From Promethearchaeia archaeon (lineage in GTDB: Archaea > Asgardarchaeota > Lokiarchaeia > Sigyniarchaeales > SOKP01): a DNA stretch of 64,000 bases. The notes below the pieces were generated by a model. The model worked only from the letters and a program-made list of their open reading frames with translations. It was not told where the DNA came from and ran no database searches. Shown here in pieces: positions 1 to 8,773 of the stretch. The position numbers and the translations under genes were made by a program. The stretch's first letter is position 1. Each line of letters begins with the position of its first letter. The stretch spans positions 69,038 through 133,037 of the forward strand of contig JAHQWJ010000107.1 in assembly GCA_029856125.1 (NCBI GenBank), read 5' to 3'.

Positions 1-1
1 A

Positions 2-643
2 TTTGCAGCTTTAGAACTTGCTAAAAAGATGGGGATAGAAGAACCTTCAGTAGCATATCATGTGTCTTTAGATAAGGGATACACTTATTTCGTGTTATAT
101 GGAATTTTTAAACATTCGATTGATTATACTAAGATAAAAGTGGAATCTATAGAAGTTGAAGTGATGACGATTAAAGAAATAAATGATTTCATTAAAACCG
201 AACTAAAACGAAAATTGGTTGTTATTGGCGCTACAACTGGGACTGATGCACATACGGTAGGAATCGATGCGATTATGAACATGAAAGGATTTGCTGGGCA
301 TTATGGTCTCGAGCGATATGATATGATTGAAGCTTATAATCTAGGTAGTCAAGTATCGAACGAAACATTCGTAAAAAAAGCAATAGAATTAAAAGCTGAC
401 GTACTTCTTGTTTCTCAAACTGTAACGCAGAAAGATATCCATGTGAGAAATTTAACCAACCTTGTCGATCTACTGGAAGCTGAAGAGATAAGAGATAAAA
501 TCGTTTTAGTGTGTGGTGGTCCAAGAATCTCGAATGAACTTGCTAAAGAATTAGGATTTGACGCTGGCTTTGGCCCTAACACTTTTTCTGAGAATGTAGC
601 AAGTTATTTTGTGAAAGAAATTTATAATCGAAAATCTAAATGA
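2..643 (+). CDS. kamE: Lysine 5,6-aminomutase beta subunit (B12-binding), 5'-truncated by window edge
   Basis: Frame is open from base 2 (FAALELAKKMGIEEP...); DAHTVG cobalamin motif, PLP-lysine segment NMKGFAGHYGLERY, Rossmann B12 domain (SQTVTQ, CGGPRI). Confidence 0.88.
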   Translation, partial: FAALELAKKMGIEEPSVAYHVSLDKGYTYFVLYGIFKHSIDYTKIKVESIEVEVMTIKEINDFIKTELKRKLVVIGATTGTDAHTVGIDAIMNMKGFAGHYGLERYDMIEAYNLGSQVSNETFVKKAIELKADVLLVSQTVTQKDIHVRNLTNLVDLLEAEEIRDKIVLVCGGPRISNELAKELGFDAGFGPNTFSENVASYFVKEIYNRKSK

Positions 644-658
644 AAGACAAACGCGATT

Positions 659-1432
659 ATGCCTCGATCAAGCGCTTATTCAGATGATGATTGGAAAAAC
701 ATTACACCTCATGTACCGCCGGGATATGATAAAAAGGCTTATAATTTGATTTACGATCATCATTCTCACACATACTTCAGTGATGGAGTACTTACAATTA
801 AGCAAAATGTTGAATGGCATATTGCTATGGGGTTCAACGCATTAACGATAACTGATCATAACAATATGCGGCATTTAGAAAAAATTAATAATGTTAAGGA
901 AGAATATCTTGAAAAGGATATTCTTATAACAAGTGGAATCGAATGGACAACTACGAGGATTCATTTAAATTTTTTAGGTGTCTCAAAGTGGGATACTAGA
1001 ATTCCTTATAAACCCAAAGATGAAAAGATTATTGATGCAATTAACAAGGTTCACGATCAAGGTGGTATAGTTGTCTGTAATCATATTCCATGGAGTGTAA
1101 AAGAAGCTAAATATAAAAATCATCCAACCCGAGAAACCCTATTGGAATGGGGAATTGATTATATTGAGATTGTAAATGACGATTCTCAACCGGAAAATGT
1201 TTTCGATCAAGAATCCTATGATTTTTGTATGGAACATAAGGGAGAAATTGGAATGCTTACTGGTACAGATATGCATAAACCAGATGGATTATTAAGTGGG
1301 GGCATTCATGGCTGGACGTTATTAGACCTTAAAGAATTTACCGAAGAAGCGTTATTAAAAGAATTAAGAAAGAAAAAAACTAAAATTTTCTATTCTAAAA
1401 AGCCTTATTTAGATCCAGGTATTCATAAATAG
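659..1432 (+). CDS. PHP-domain metallo-phosphoesterase
   Basis: HSHTYFSDG, ITDHN, GIEW, NHIPW, GTDMH metal-binding motifs. Confidence 0.8.
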   Translation: MPRSSAYSDDDWKNITPHVPPGYDKKAYNLIYDHHSHTYFSDGVLTIKQNVEWHIAMGFNALTITDHNNMRHLEKINNVKEEYLEKDILITSGIEWTTTRIHLNFLGVSKWDTRIPYKPKDEKIIDAINKVHDQGGIVVCNHIPWSVKEAKYKNHPTRETLLEWGIDYIEIVNDDSQPENVFDQESYDFCMEHKGEIGMLTGTDMHKPDGLLSGGIHGWTLLDLKEFTEEALLKELRKKKTKIFYSKKPYLDPGIHK

Positions 1433-1453
1433 CGATTTTTAATCCTCTAAAAA

Positions 1454-1759
1454 CTAGTAAATAAGGAAATATAACCAAAGGAGCGTAGAAACTAAAGCAG
1501 ATGTTCCCCAGAATAGAATTTTATAAACCTCTAAGATATCTTGAGTTAATCTCTCGTCTTGAAGATCATAGTTTGGAAAAACATCGTATATATTTTCGCG
1601 TTCTATAATTTCATATACCTTTTCCATCTCGATTTCTTTGTAATTTTCTTCAGGTTCTTCAAAATAGAAATCTTCTTCATAAATTTTAAATTTTTTTTCT
1701 GAGATCACTTTCTTTTCACTCCTTTTTCTTTTTTTTTCTTTTTTTTCTTCAATTCTCAT
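1454..1759 (-). CDS. Small hypothetical protein with C-terminal transmembrane helix
   Basis: Charged N-terminus, hydrophobic C-terminus ILFWGTSALVSTLLWLYFLIY; fills the gap between neighbours. Confidence 0.55.
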   Translation of the reverse strand: MRIEEKKEKKRKRSEKKVISEKKFKIYEEDFYFEEPEENYKEIEMEKVYEIIERENIYDVFPNYDLQDERLTQDILEVYKILFWGTSALVSTLLWLYFLIY

Positions 1760-1852
1760 GAACTTTCATGAGTTTTGAAGTATCTATATTATATTTAGTA
1801 AACTAACTATTTAAAGGTTCTTCATATTTTATGAAACTTCACTTAATATGAA
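1748..1852. promoter_or_regulatory. Four TTCA-N7-TGAA palindromic boxes (1748-1762, 1765-1779, 1821-1835, 1838-1852), putative operators
   Basis: Two pairs, each with 17-bp spacing, in the divergent region upstream of the first regulator pair; same motif at 4706-4815. Confidence 0.7.
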
Positions 1853-1885
1853 AAGTTTAAAAATCTTAAAAACTATCTAGAACTA

Positions 1886-2401
1886 ATGAATTCAAACCAA
1901 GCGCAAGATCACGATTTTAGATTTAAAGGAAAAATCAAAGACTACGAAAAAACTCTTATCAGATTCTTTGTAGATATAGGTAAAAACAAGGATACGCCTT
2001 CGAAGGTTCAAGAAATTCTTGGATATTTAATTATTCATAATAAACTTACTCAATCTAATTTGAAAGAGTTAACTGGCTATTCTACGGGCACAATTTCTTT
2101 AACACTAGGTAATTTAATTAAACTTGGCGTTGTTCAAAAGGAAAGAATAGTATTGAGCAATAAGTATCAATATTCATTAACCGGTGACCTCCCTCAATTA
2201 ATTGAAAGAACTAGTGAGGTTTCTTCTGAGCACTTTACTATCATTTCAAAATTTTTAGGCGATAAATTAAACGAATTGGATGAATTTAGGGATAAAGAAG
2301 GATACACTAATCTTCACACTCAAATAAATGTGTTATTAGGTGGGTTTAACAAGGTTTTAAAAATTGCTTCGTCCATGACTGAAGCGTTTAGCGAAGATTG
2401 A
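1886..2401 (+). CDS. GbsR/MarR-like winged-helix transcriptional regulator (A1)
   Basis: ILGYLIIH-KLTQSNLKELTGYSTGTISLTLGNL wHTH followed by long dimerisation helices. Confidence 0.75.
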   Translation: MNSNQAQDHDFRFKGKIKDYEKTLIRFFVDIGKNKDTPSKVQEILGYLIIHNKLTQSNLKELTGYSTGTISLTLGNLIKLGVVQKERIVLSNKYQYSLTGDLPQLIERTSEVSSEHFTIISKFLGDKLNELDEFRDKEGYTNLHTQINVLLGGFNKVLKIASSMTEAFSED

Positions 2402-2428
2402 TAATTGAAAAAATGGAGGTAAAACGAA

Positions 2429-2923
2429 TTGGATGATAAAGAGCCTTATGACCGAAATGTTAGAAAAATTGAGAAAGAAATCGTTGATTATTTAATTCAA
2501 TCTCCATTGTATTCTACTCGAAATGAAATTACTTCAAGAATATTGCTTTACATAATATTTCGAAAAGAAATTTCCCAAAATATTCTCAAAAATCTCACTG
2601 GTTATTCCTCTGGGAAAATCTCGGAAGAATTAAATAACCTTGTAGACTCTGGAATGATTATTAGAAAAAAAATCCCTGGTATTCGTAAAAAAGTTTATAC
2701 ATTTGAATCGGTTGATCAAATTTCTACCACTAGAGTTAAGAATATTATTACAGCTCTGCTAAAATGGGAAGGCGAACTCGACAAAATGAAAAATGAAATG
2801 GAAACAAATCGTAGTAAACTAGAAAAAATGAATGGATACAGTAATATTTTGAAGGTCATAGATTTCTATCTACCAGCGATTAAACTATATGAAAAATTTG
2901 CTGATAGTTTGAAAATTAAATAA
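2429..2923 (+). CDS. GbsR/MarR-like winged-helix transcriptional regulator (A2)
   Basis: ISQNILKNLTGYSSGKISEELNNLV wHTH, wing IPGIRKKVY; TTG start after GGAGGT. Confidence 0.75.
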   Translation: MDDKEPYDRNVRKIEKEIVDYLIQSPLYSTRNEITSRILLYIIFRKEISQNILKNLTGYSSGKISEELNNLVDSGMIIRKKIPGIRKKVYTFESVDQISTTRVKNIITALLKWEGELDKMKNEMETNRSKLEKMNGYSNILKVIDFYLPAIKLYEKFADSLKIK

Positions 2924-2930
2924 AAAAAAA

Positions 2931-3746
2931 TTAAACGGGAATGTCTCGCTTATTAAAAATAAGCACTGATAAACCTACCATACAAGCTGAATATCCCGTT
3001 AGAATTAAAATGTTTAGGAATACATTATCCCACACATGGTTTACGAGTAGATTTGAAGTTTCGAAATAGTAAAAGATACTCGCAAATCTCATGCCATGTA
3101 TTGCTTCGGGAAATGCATCCCAAAATATTCCTACAATGTAAAAAAATATTGTAACCGCAAAGCTTAAGGTAAGTGCTCGCCTGGGGCGGAGAAATGTTGA
3201 AAAGAGTAGCGATGTGCTAATCAAAGCAACTAAAAATACAAAAAGCCAAAGGAAAACAGCAAATATCTCGTTAAAGTATACTTCGCTAGGAGCGATAGTT
3301 GGAAAGGCAAAGACACCAATAAGAACTCCAAGACTTGAAATGGCAACAATGATAAAAGCGGTTATGACATGGCGTATATATTTACCTACTACAAATTTCC
3401 AGCGCTTAATAGGTTTTGATAAAATAATGTCAATCGTTTTATCTTCGATTTCTTTTGGAATATCTTGCGCTGCTTTTATTATAAAGTAAAAACCAAAATA
3501 AAACCAAGACATTGAGAACAGATATACGTTTATAAATCCTCCAAATGTTGTTAAAGCAATGTACTCACCTACCATTTGTACGATAGCTTCAGGATAGCTT
3601 GCAAGTAAGGCTTCCATATCTTCAAAGAGCGTAGGATCGTAGATAGCCATGAATGCTAGAAAAAATAATCCAAAACATAATGCCAGAATTAAAATTCCCT
3701 TAATGTTATATCTTATCTCCTTTAAAAAAGTGTGCATTAGCTTCAA
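2931..3746 (-). CDS. ABC-2 type transporter permease
   Basis: About six TM helices; EIEDKTIDIILSKPIKRWKFVVGK motif and C-terminal FNKRDI. Confidence 0.85.
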   Translation of the reverse strand: MKLMHTFLKEIRYNIKGILILALCFGLFFLAFMAIYDPTLFEDMEALLASYPEAIVQMVGEYIALTTFGGFINVYLFSMSWFYFGFYFIIKAAQDIPKEIEDKTIDIILSKPIKRWKFVVGKYIRHVITAFIIVAISSLGVLIGVFAFPTIAPSEVYFNEIFAVFLWLFVFLVALISTSLLFSTFLRPRRALTLSFAVTIFFYIVGIFWDAFPEAIHGMRFASIFYYFETSNLLVNHVWDNVFLNILILTGYSACMVGLSVLIFNKRDIPV

Positions 3747-4699
3747 ACGATTTCGCCTCCTTTTGAATTAGAATCCTTATAATATTCCAGAAATATATTA
3801 TCTAATGTTGAGTGTGTAATGTTAAAGTCTGTAATAGGCATTCCGGCCCATTTATTTTTACTTAAATATGGTAATATGTCGCGAGATTGGGTATAAGAGA
3901 GTAGAAATTCAATCCTCTTTTGGTATTTTTGTTTTACAATAGCGTCAGGAAAATCTGATGATAAAAATGAATTAAATTCCAGCAAGCTTTTATTATTTTC
4001 AAAATCTAATTCAATTCGTTTCAAACTTTTTTTCTTAAGCTCCTGAACATTGGAAACATCTACAATTTTGCCATTTTTAATAATAGCAACTCGATCGCAA
4101 AATTTTTCTATTTCTGGAAGCACGTGGCTAGATACAAACACAGTGCAATTAGATTCTTCTTGGCGCTCAGCAATTATCCTATAAAATTCTGATTGCATTA
4201 AAGGATCAAGACCAGAAGTAGGTTCATCCATAATTAATATATCAAATTTACCCATTAAGGCGGTCAAAACGCCTACTTTCTGTTTGTTTCCTTTACTGAG
4301 CACGCCCATTTTCCTATCCATTTCAATTTCAAGTCTTTCCGTGACATCTTTGATGAATTTCCAGTCGATTTCTATGTCAAATAGTTTAGCAAAATATGTA
4401 ATCAATTGTTCTGCTGTCATATATTTATAAAGACCTAATTCTCCTGGCAGGTATCCAATTTGGTTCCTAATTTTAACATCTTTTTTCGGGTTAATTTCTT
4501 CGCCATTGATCGTAGTTATTCCGCTGTCGGGATTAAGAAAACCCAAAATGCATCTAATAGTCGTCGTCTTTCCTGCTCCGTTCGGTCCCAAAAACCCAAA
4601 TCTTGCTCCTTTTGGAACTTTAAGCGAAATGCCGTCAACGGCTTTGATTTTTCCTTTGTTATAATATTTTTTTAAATCTTTTATTTCGATCGCGTTCAT
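3743..4699 (-). CDS. ABC transporter ATP-binding subunit
   Basis: Walker A GPNGAGKTT, signature LSKGNKQK, Walker B LIMDEP, H-loop SSH; overlaps permease start. Confidence 0.95.
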   Translation of the reverse strand: MNAIEIKDLKKYYNKGKIKAVDGISLKVPKGARFGFLGPNGAGKTTTIRCILGFLNPDSGITTINGEEINPKKDVKIRNQIGYLPGELGLYKYMTAEQLITYFAKLFDIEIDWKFIKDVTERLEIEMDRKMGVLSKGNKQKVGVLTALMGKFDILIMDEPTSGLDPLMQSEFYRIIAERQEESNCTVFVSSHVLPEIEKFCDRVAIIKNGKIVDVSNVQELKKKSLKRIELDFENNKSLLEFNSFLSSDFPDAIVKQKYQKRIEFLLSYTQSRDILPYLSKNKWAGMPITDFNITHSTLDNIFLEYYKDSNSKGGEIV

Positions 4700-4705
4700 T
4701 TTTTT

Positions 4706-4815
4706 TTCACATTTTTTGAAAAATGTATTCTTACCATAATACTAAATATTTTTTAGATATATAAATGTTTTCATTTATAGTGAAAATGAAACAGCCAAAA
4801 TTCATGTAATTTGAA
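4706..4815. promoter_or_regulatory. Three TTCA-N7-TGAA boxes (4706-4720, 4770-4784, 4801-4815) around a minus-strand TATA box (4758-4765)
   Basis: Same palindrome as 1748-1852; lies in the divergent promoter between the ABC operon and the second regulator pair. Confidence 0.7.
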
Positions 4816-4892
4816 AACACTTAAAAACAAGTAATCCCATGTTATATGTAAGGATTATAAATTTACGTGGCAAGATTTCATACCCACTATCA

Positions 4893-5663
4893 ATGAAAAC
4901 CAATTCAGAAAAATTTAAACATATTTTAGAATTAACGGAAGCCTTAACTCAAGAATTTTTGAGCCAAAATAAAAGCAGAAATATTAATTACCTAAAAGAA
5001 AAAATTAAAGATTTCCTCACTAATCCTTTATGGAACAATGATACTTTACATCAATTAAAAAGAAATATTAAAGAACTCGATGTTAGCGATGACGAAGCTA
5101 ACACTTTATGGAAAGCAATGGAAGAAACATTTGATCTCTGTTATGCTCATCATTTGAAAAGTAAATCACATATATATGAAGGGAAAGTTAGAGTTTATGA
5201 AAAGAGATTAATAGAAATTCTGGTAGATGCTGGGAAAGTTAAGGGTCAAAGTGCTGTTTTTGGTTCAATTATAGGCTATTTACTACTTCATGAAAGCCTA
5301 ACTCAGGCACAACTTAAAGAATTAACAGGATTTTCAAAGGGGGCTATCTCTCAGAGTTTAAAATTGTTATCGAGTTCTCCTGCAATAAAAAAAGAACCAA
5401 TAGAAGGAGAACGTGAATATGTCTACGCTTTAGGGGTTAGTATGGCAGATATTGCTAATAATATTGGATCTTATAAATCTGAATCTAATGAGCTCGCAAT
5501 TAAATTCTTCCAAGGTAAGATTCAAGAATTAAACAAAAATAAATATAAAAATGGTTATGCTATTCTCTCAAAAAGAGTAACTGAAATGATAAACTTTTTT
5601 GAATACAATGTGGAAGTGTTAGAAAAAATTAAAGAATCAAGTTTTATAAAAGAGCTGAAGTAA
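4893..5663 (+). CDS. GbsR/MarR-like regulator (B1) with ~85-aa N-terminal helical extension; start may be 4839
   Basis: IIGYLLLHESLTQAQLKELTGFSKGAISQSLK wHTH; paralogue of 1886-2401. Confidence 0.7.
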   Translation: MKTNSEKFKHILELTEALTQEFLSQNKSRNINYLKEKIKDFLTNPLWNNDTLHQLKRNIKELDVSDDEANTLWKAMEETFDLCYAHHLKSKSHIYEGKVRVYEKRLIEILVDAGKVKGQSAVFGSIIGYLLLHESLTQAQLKELTGFSKGAISQSLKLLSSSPAIKKEPIEGEREYVYALGVSMADIANNIGSYKSESNELAIKFFQGKIQELNKNKYKNGYAILSKRVTEMINFFEYNVEVLEKIKESSFIKELK

Positions 5664-6179
5664 TTGACTACAATCGAAGAATTTGACGATGATATAATAG
5701 CGATTGAAAAGGATATCTTTAAATTCCTAATGTCCTACTCTCTTTTTATAGGGCAAAAAAATACTTTCACGACAATTAAGATTTATTTTATTACTAGAAA
5801 ATCCTTAACTCAAGAAAAATTACAAGAATTAACAGGATTCTCGCGAGGAACGATATCGCAAGAATTAAAAAAATTAATTTCTATGGCTCTTATCGAAAAG
5901 ACTAATGTTTCTAACACTGGCGAAATTACTTATTTAATGAAAAATCCCATTATAGCTTTTGTTCATTCATTTAGTAACCTTATGAATGATATCTCAAAAT
6001 TTGCTTATAAAATTGATGCTCTCAAAGATGATATTGAAAAAGAGAAGGATTTGATAGAAGATTTGCATGGTTTTGACAAAATTTATCAGCTAGTCAATGT
6101 TCTGGCGAATTCCATCCCCTTTTCTCTCGAATTGGTAAAAACGATCCAAAAAGAATTAGCACTTTATCAAGACGAATGA
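5664..6179 (+). CDS. GbsR/MarR-like regulator (B2)
   Basis: LTQEKLQELTGFSRGTISQELKKL wHTH; abuts B1 stop; paralogue of 2429-2923. Confidence 0.75.
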   Translation: MTTIEEFDDDIIAIEKDIFKFLMSYSLFIGQKNTFTTIKIYFITRKSLTQEKLQELTGFSRGTISQELKKLISMALIEKTNVSNTGEITYLMKNPIIAFVHSFSNLMNDISKFAYKIDALKDDIEKEKDLIEDLHGFDKIYQLVNVLANSIPFSLELVKTIQKELALYQDE

Positions 6180-6247
6180 TAAAGTTATAAATAAGTTTCG
6201 AAATTTAATCAATAAAAATATTCAAAATTAAAAGTGTAATTTAAATT

Positions 6248-7840
6248 TTGGAAAAAAATCTTCGATGGGATTTCCCATATCCTTCTAGAAGGATGCCCGT
6301 GTTAGCAGAAAATATTGTCTCTACATCTCAACCTCTTGCCTGCCAAGCGGGACTAAGCATGCTAAAAAAGGGAGGAAATGCCATAGATGCTGCCATAGCA
6401 ACTGCGATAACTCTTACTGTAGTCGAACCAGTTAACAATGGTATTGGAAGCGACGCATTTGCAATCGTGTTTAACGGAAAAGAATTAAAAGGGTTAAACG
6501 CTTCTGGTAAATCTCCTACTACTTGGACAGTAGATCATTTTTCTAAATATAAAACCATGCCCCTTTTGGGATGGGATTCAGTGACAATTCCTGGGGCGGT
6601 TTCAGCTTGGGTTGCCCTCTCAAAAAAATATGGACAATTAAACTTTAAAGATTTATTTGAGCCCGCAATTCAATATGCCGAGAAAGGATATATAGTTTCT
6701 CCTATTACCGCAAAAGTGTGGAAACAACTAGCTGTAATGTATAAGAAGAATAAGTTTCCAGAGTTTCACGAGACTTTTCTTCCTACTGGGAGAGCTCCTA
6801 AACCTGGTGAAATTTTTAAAAATCCAGATCAAGCAGTTACTTTAAGAAAAATCGCAGAAACAGAAGGAGAATCTTTTTATAGCGGAGAATTGGCAAAAAA
6901 AATCGTAGATCACGCTACTAACACTGGTGGAATGATAACACTTGAGGATTTAGAAAACCACGAAGCAACTTGGGAAAAGACAATAACTATGGAATATAAG
7001 GGTTTAACTTTGCATGAATTACCTCCTAACGGTCAAGGCCTAGCTGCGCTCATAATGCTAGGGATATTAAAAAACTTTGATTTAAGTCAATTTGAGCCTG
7101 ACTCTCCGCAATCGATACACTTACAAATAGAAGCGATGAAGTTAGCTTTTTCCGATGCATATCGCTATATTTCTGATAAAGATTATTTAGAATTTAACTC
7201 CTCTCTTATTCTTAATTCAAATTATTTAAAAAAAAGAGCAGAATTAATCGATCCAAGTAAAGCACGAAATTATCGTTATGGTAATCCTCAATCAGGAGAT
7301 ACGGTCTATTTAACAACTGCAGATGCGAATGGTATGATGGTTTCATATATTCAATCAAACTATCTAGGATTTGGGTCTGGAATAGTAATACCTAATACTG
7401 GGATCAGTCTTCAAAATAGAGGTAACGGATTCAATTTAAATGTAGGGCATCCAAATCAAGTTGGTCCGAGTAAACGTCCATATCACACAATAATCCCTGC
7501 ATTCGTAACTCAAAAGGAAGTTCCAGTAATGAGTTTTGGTGTCATGGGGGGTTCAATGCAACCCCAGGGTCATGCTCAAATGATGATTAGAATTTTTGAA
7601 TATCAACAAAACCCTCAAGCAGCAATCGATGCACCAAGGTGGCGAATAATGCAGGGACAGCAAGTAAACCTTGAACCGAGTTTTAACAGAGAATCAAAAA
7701 TGCAATTGGAAAATTTGGGGCACCATGTTTATAATGGGCATTATTTTGAATTTGGGGGCGCTCAAATTATATATAAACTTGATGATGGGTACTTAGCTGC
7801 CTCGGATCCTAGAAAAGATGGACAAGCAGTGGGATTTTAG
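6248..7840 (+). CDS. ggt: Gamma-glutamyltransferase family protein (Ntn hydrolase)
   Basis: GGNAIDAA, GIGSDAF, nucleophile segment GDTVYLT, KRPYHTIIP, GVMGGSMQPQG, SDPRKDG. Confidence 0.9.
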   Translation: MEKNLRWDFPYPSRRMPVLAENIVSTSQPLACQAGLSMLKKGGNAIDAAIATAITLTVVEPVNNGIGSDAFAIVFNGKELKGLNASGKSPTTWTVDHFSKYKTMPLLGWDSVTIPGAVSAWVALSKKYGQLNFKDLFEPAIQYAEKGYIVSPITAKVWKQLAVMYKKNKFPEFHETFLPTGRAPKPGEIFKNPDQAVTLRKIAETEGESFYSGELAKKIVDHATNTGGMITLEDLENHEATWEKTITMEYKGLTLHELPPNGQGLAALIMLGILKNFDLSQFEPDSPQSIHLQIEAMKLAFSDAYRYISDKDYLEFNSSLILNSNYLKKRAELIDPSKARNYRYGNPQSGDTVYLTTADANGMMVSYIQSNYLGFGSGIVIPNTGISLQNRGNGFNLNVGHPNQVGPSKRPYHTIIPAFVTQKEVPVMSFGVMGGSMQPQGHAQMMIRIFEYQQNPQAAIDAPRWRIMQGQQVNLEPSFNRESKMQLENLGHHVYNGHYFEFGGAQIIYKLDDGYLAASDPRKDGQAVGF

Positions 7841-7841
7841 G

Positions 7842-8750
7842 TTATATATCTCGAAATTCAAAAGCAGAAAAAATTTGTTTTATAATTTCTTTTTCGTGGA
7901 CATCAAGCCATTTAGAATAAGTATATTGTAAGGTTTTTCCTATGGAATAAACTTTTGGATGCCATAATGGATTATAAGGCAACAATTCAATCTTTTTAAT
8001 TCCTAAATTCTCTAAATAATTCGCCCATTGATTAAGATTTTTGTCATTGAGGGTAATTTTAGGAATTAATGGAATACGGGGCAATATCTCAACTGATTTT
8101 GATTCTAATAAAGCAGTAAAATTTTCGAAAATCTTTTTGTTTGAGACTCCGCAGTATTTCATGTGAAGCTTTTCATCAAAGATTTTCAAATCAAAATAAA
8201 TTAGATCGATAAAGGGAAGGATACGCTCGAAAAAAGTCTCTTTATTAAACAAACCACATGTTTCTAAACATACGTGTATGTTATTAGATTTAGCTTGTTT
8301 AAGGAATGAATGGAGAAATGGCATCTGATAGGTTGCCTCTCCACCTGAAAGAGTTATTCCTCCATTTGAATTTTCAAAAAATGGCTTGTCGATTAAAATT
8401 GTATCAAGTAGTTCCTTAACTGTAAAAAAAGTCCCCACAAACTTCAGAGCTTTAGTCTTACATTGCGAGATACATTCTCCGCAGTAAGTGCATTTTTCGA
8501 TTACTAAAGGATAATTTAACGAAAAATTAATAGCATCTTCAGGACAAGTCTCAACACAATCGTAGCAGGCTAGGCAATCCTCAGGACTATAAGATATCTC
8601 TTGTTTTAATTGTATACATTCAGGATTTTGGCACCAAATGCAAGATAAAGGGCATCCTTTAAAGAATATAACTGTTCGAATACCGGGACCATCATCTAAT
8701 GAATTTCTTTTAAGATTAGTTATAAATCCTTTCATTCCTAAATCAAGCAT
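7842..8750 (-). CDS. Glycyl-radical enzyme activating enzyme (radical SAM with 2x[4Fe-4S] insert)
   Basis: DGPGIRT, CPLSCIWCQNPE (CxxxCxxC), ferredoxin motifs CLACYDCVETCP and CTYCGECISQC, SGGE. Confidence 0.93.
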   Translation of the reverse strand: MLDLGMKGFITNLKRNSLDDGPGIRTVIFFKGCPLSCIWCQNPECIQLKQEISYSPEDCLACYDCVETCPEDAINFSLNYPLVIEKCTYCGECISQCKTKALKFVGTFFTVKELLDTILIDKPFFENSNGGITLSGGEATYQMPFLHSFLKQAKSNNIHVCLETCGLFNKETFFERILPFIDLIYFDLKIFDEKLHMKYCGVSNKKIFENFTALLESKSVEILPRIPLIPKITLNDKNLNQWANYLENLGIKKIELLPYNPLWHPKVYSIGKTLQYTYSKWLDVHEKEIIKQIFSAFEFRDI

Positions 8751-8773
8751 GTTATAAAGAGATTAGATATTAA

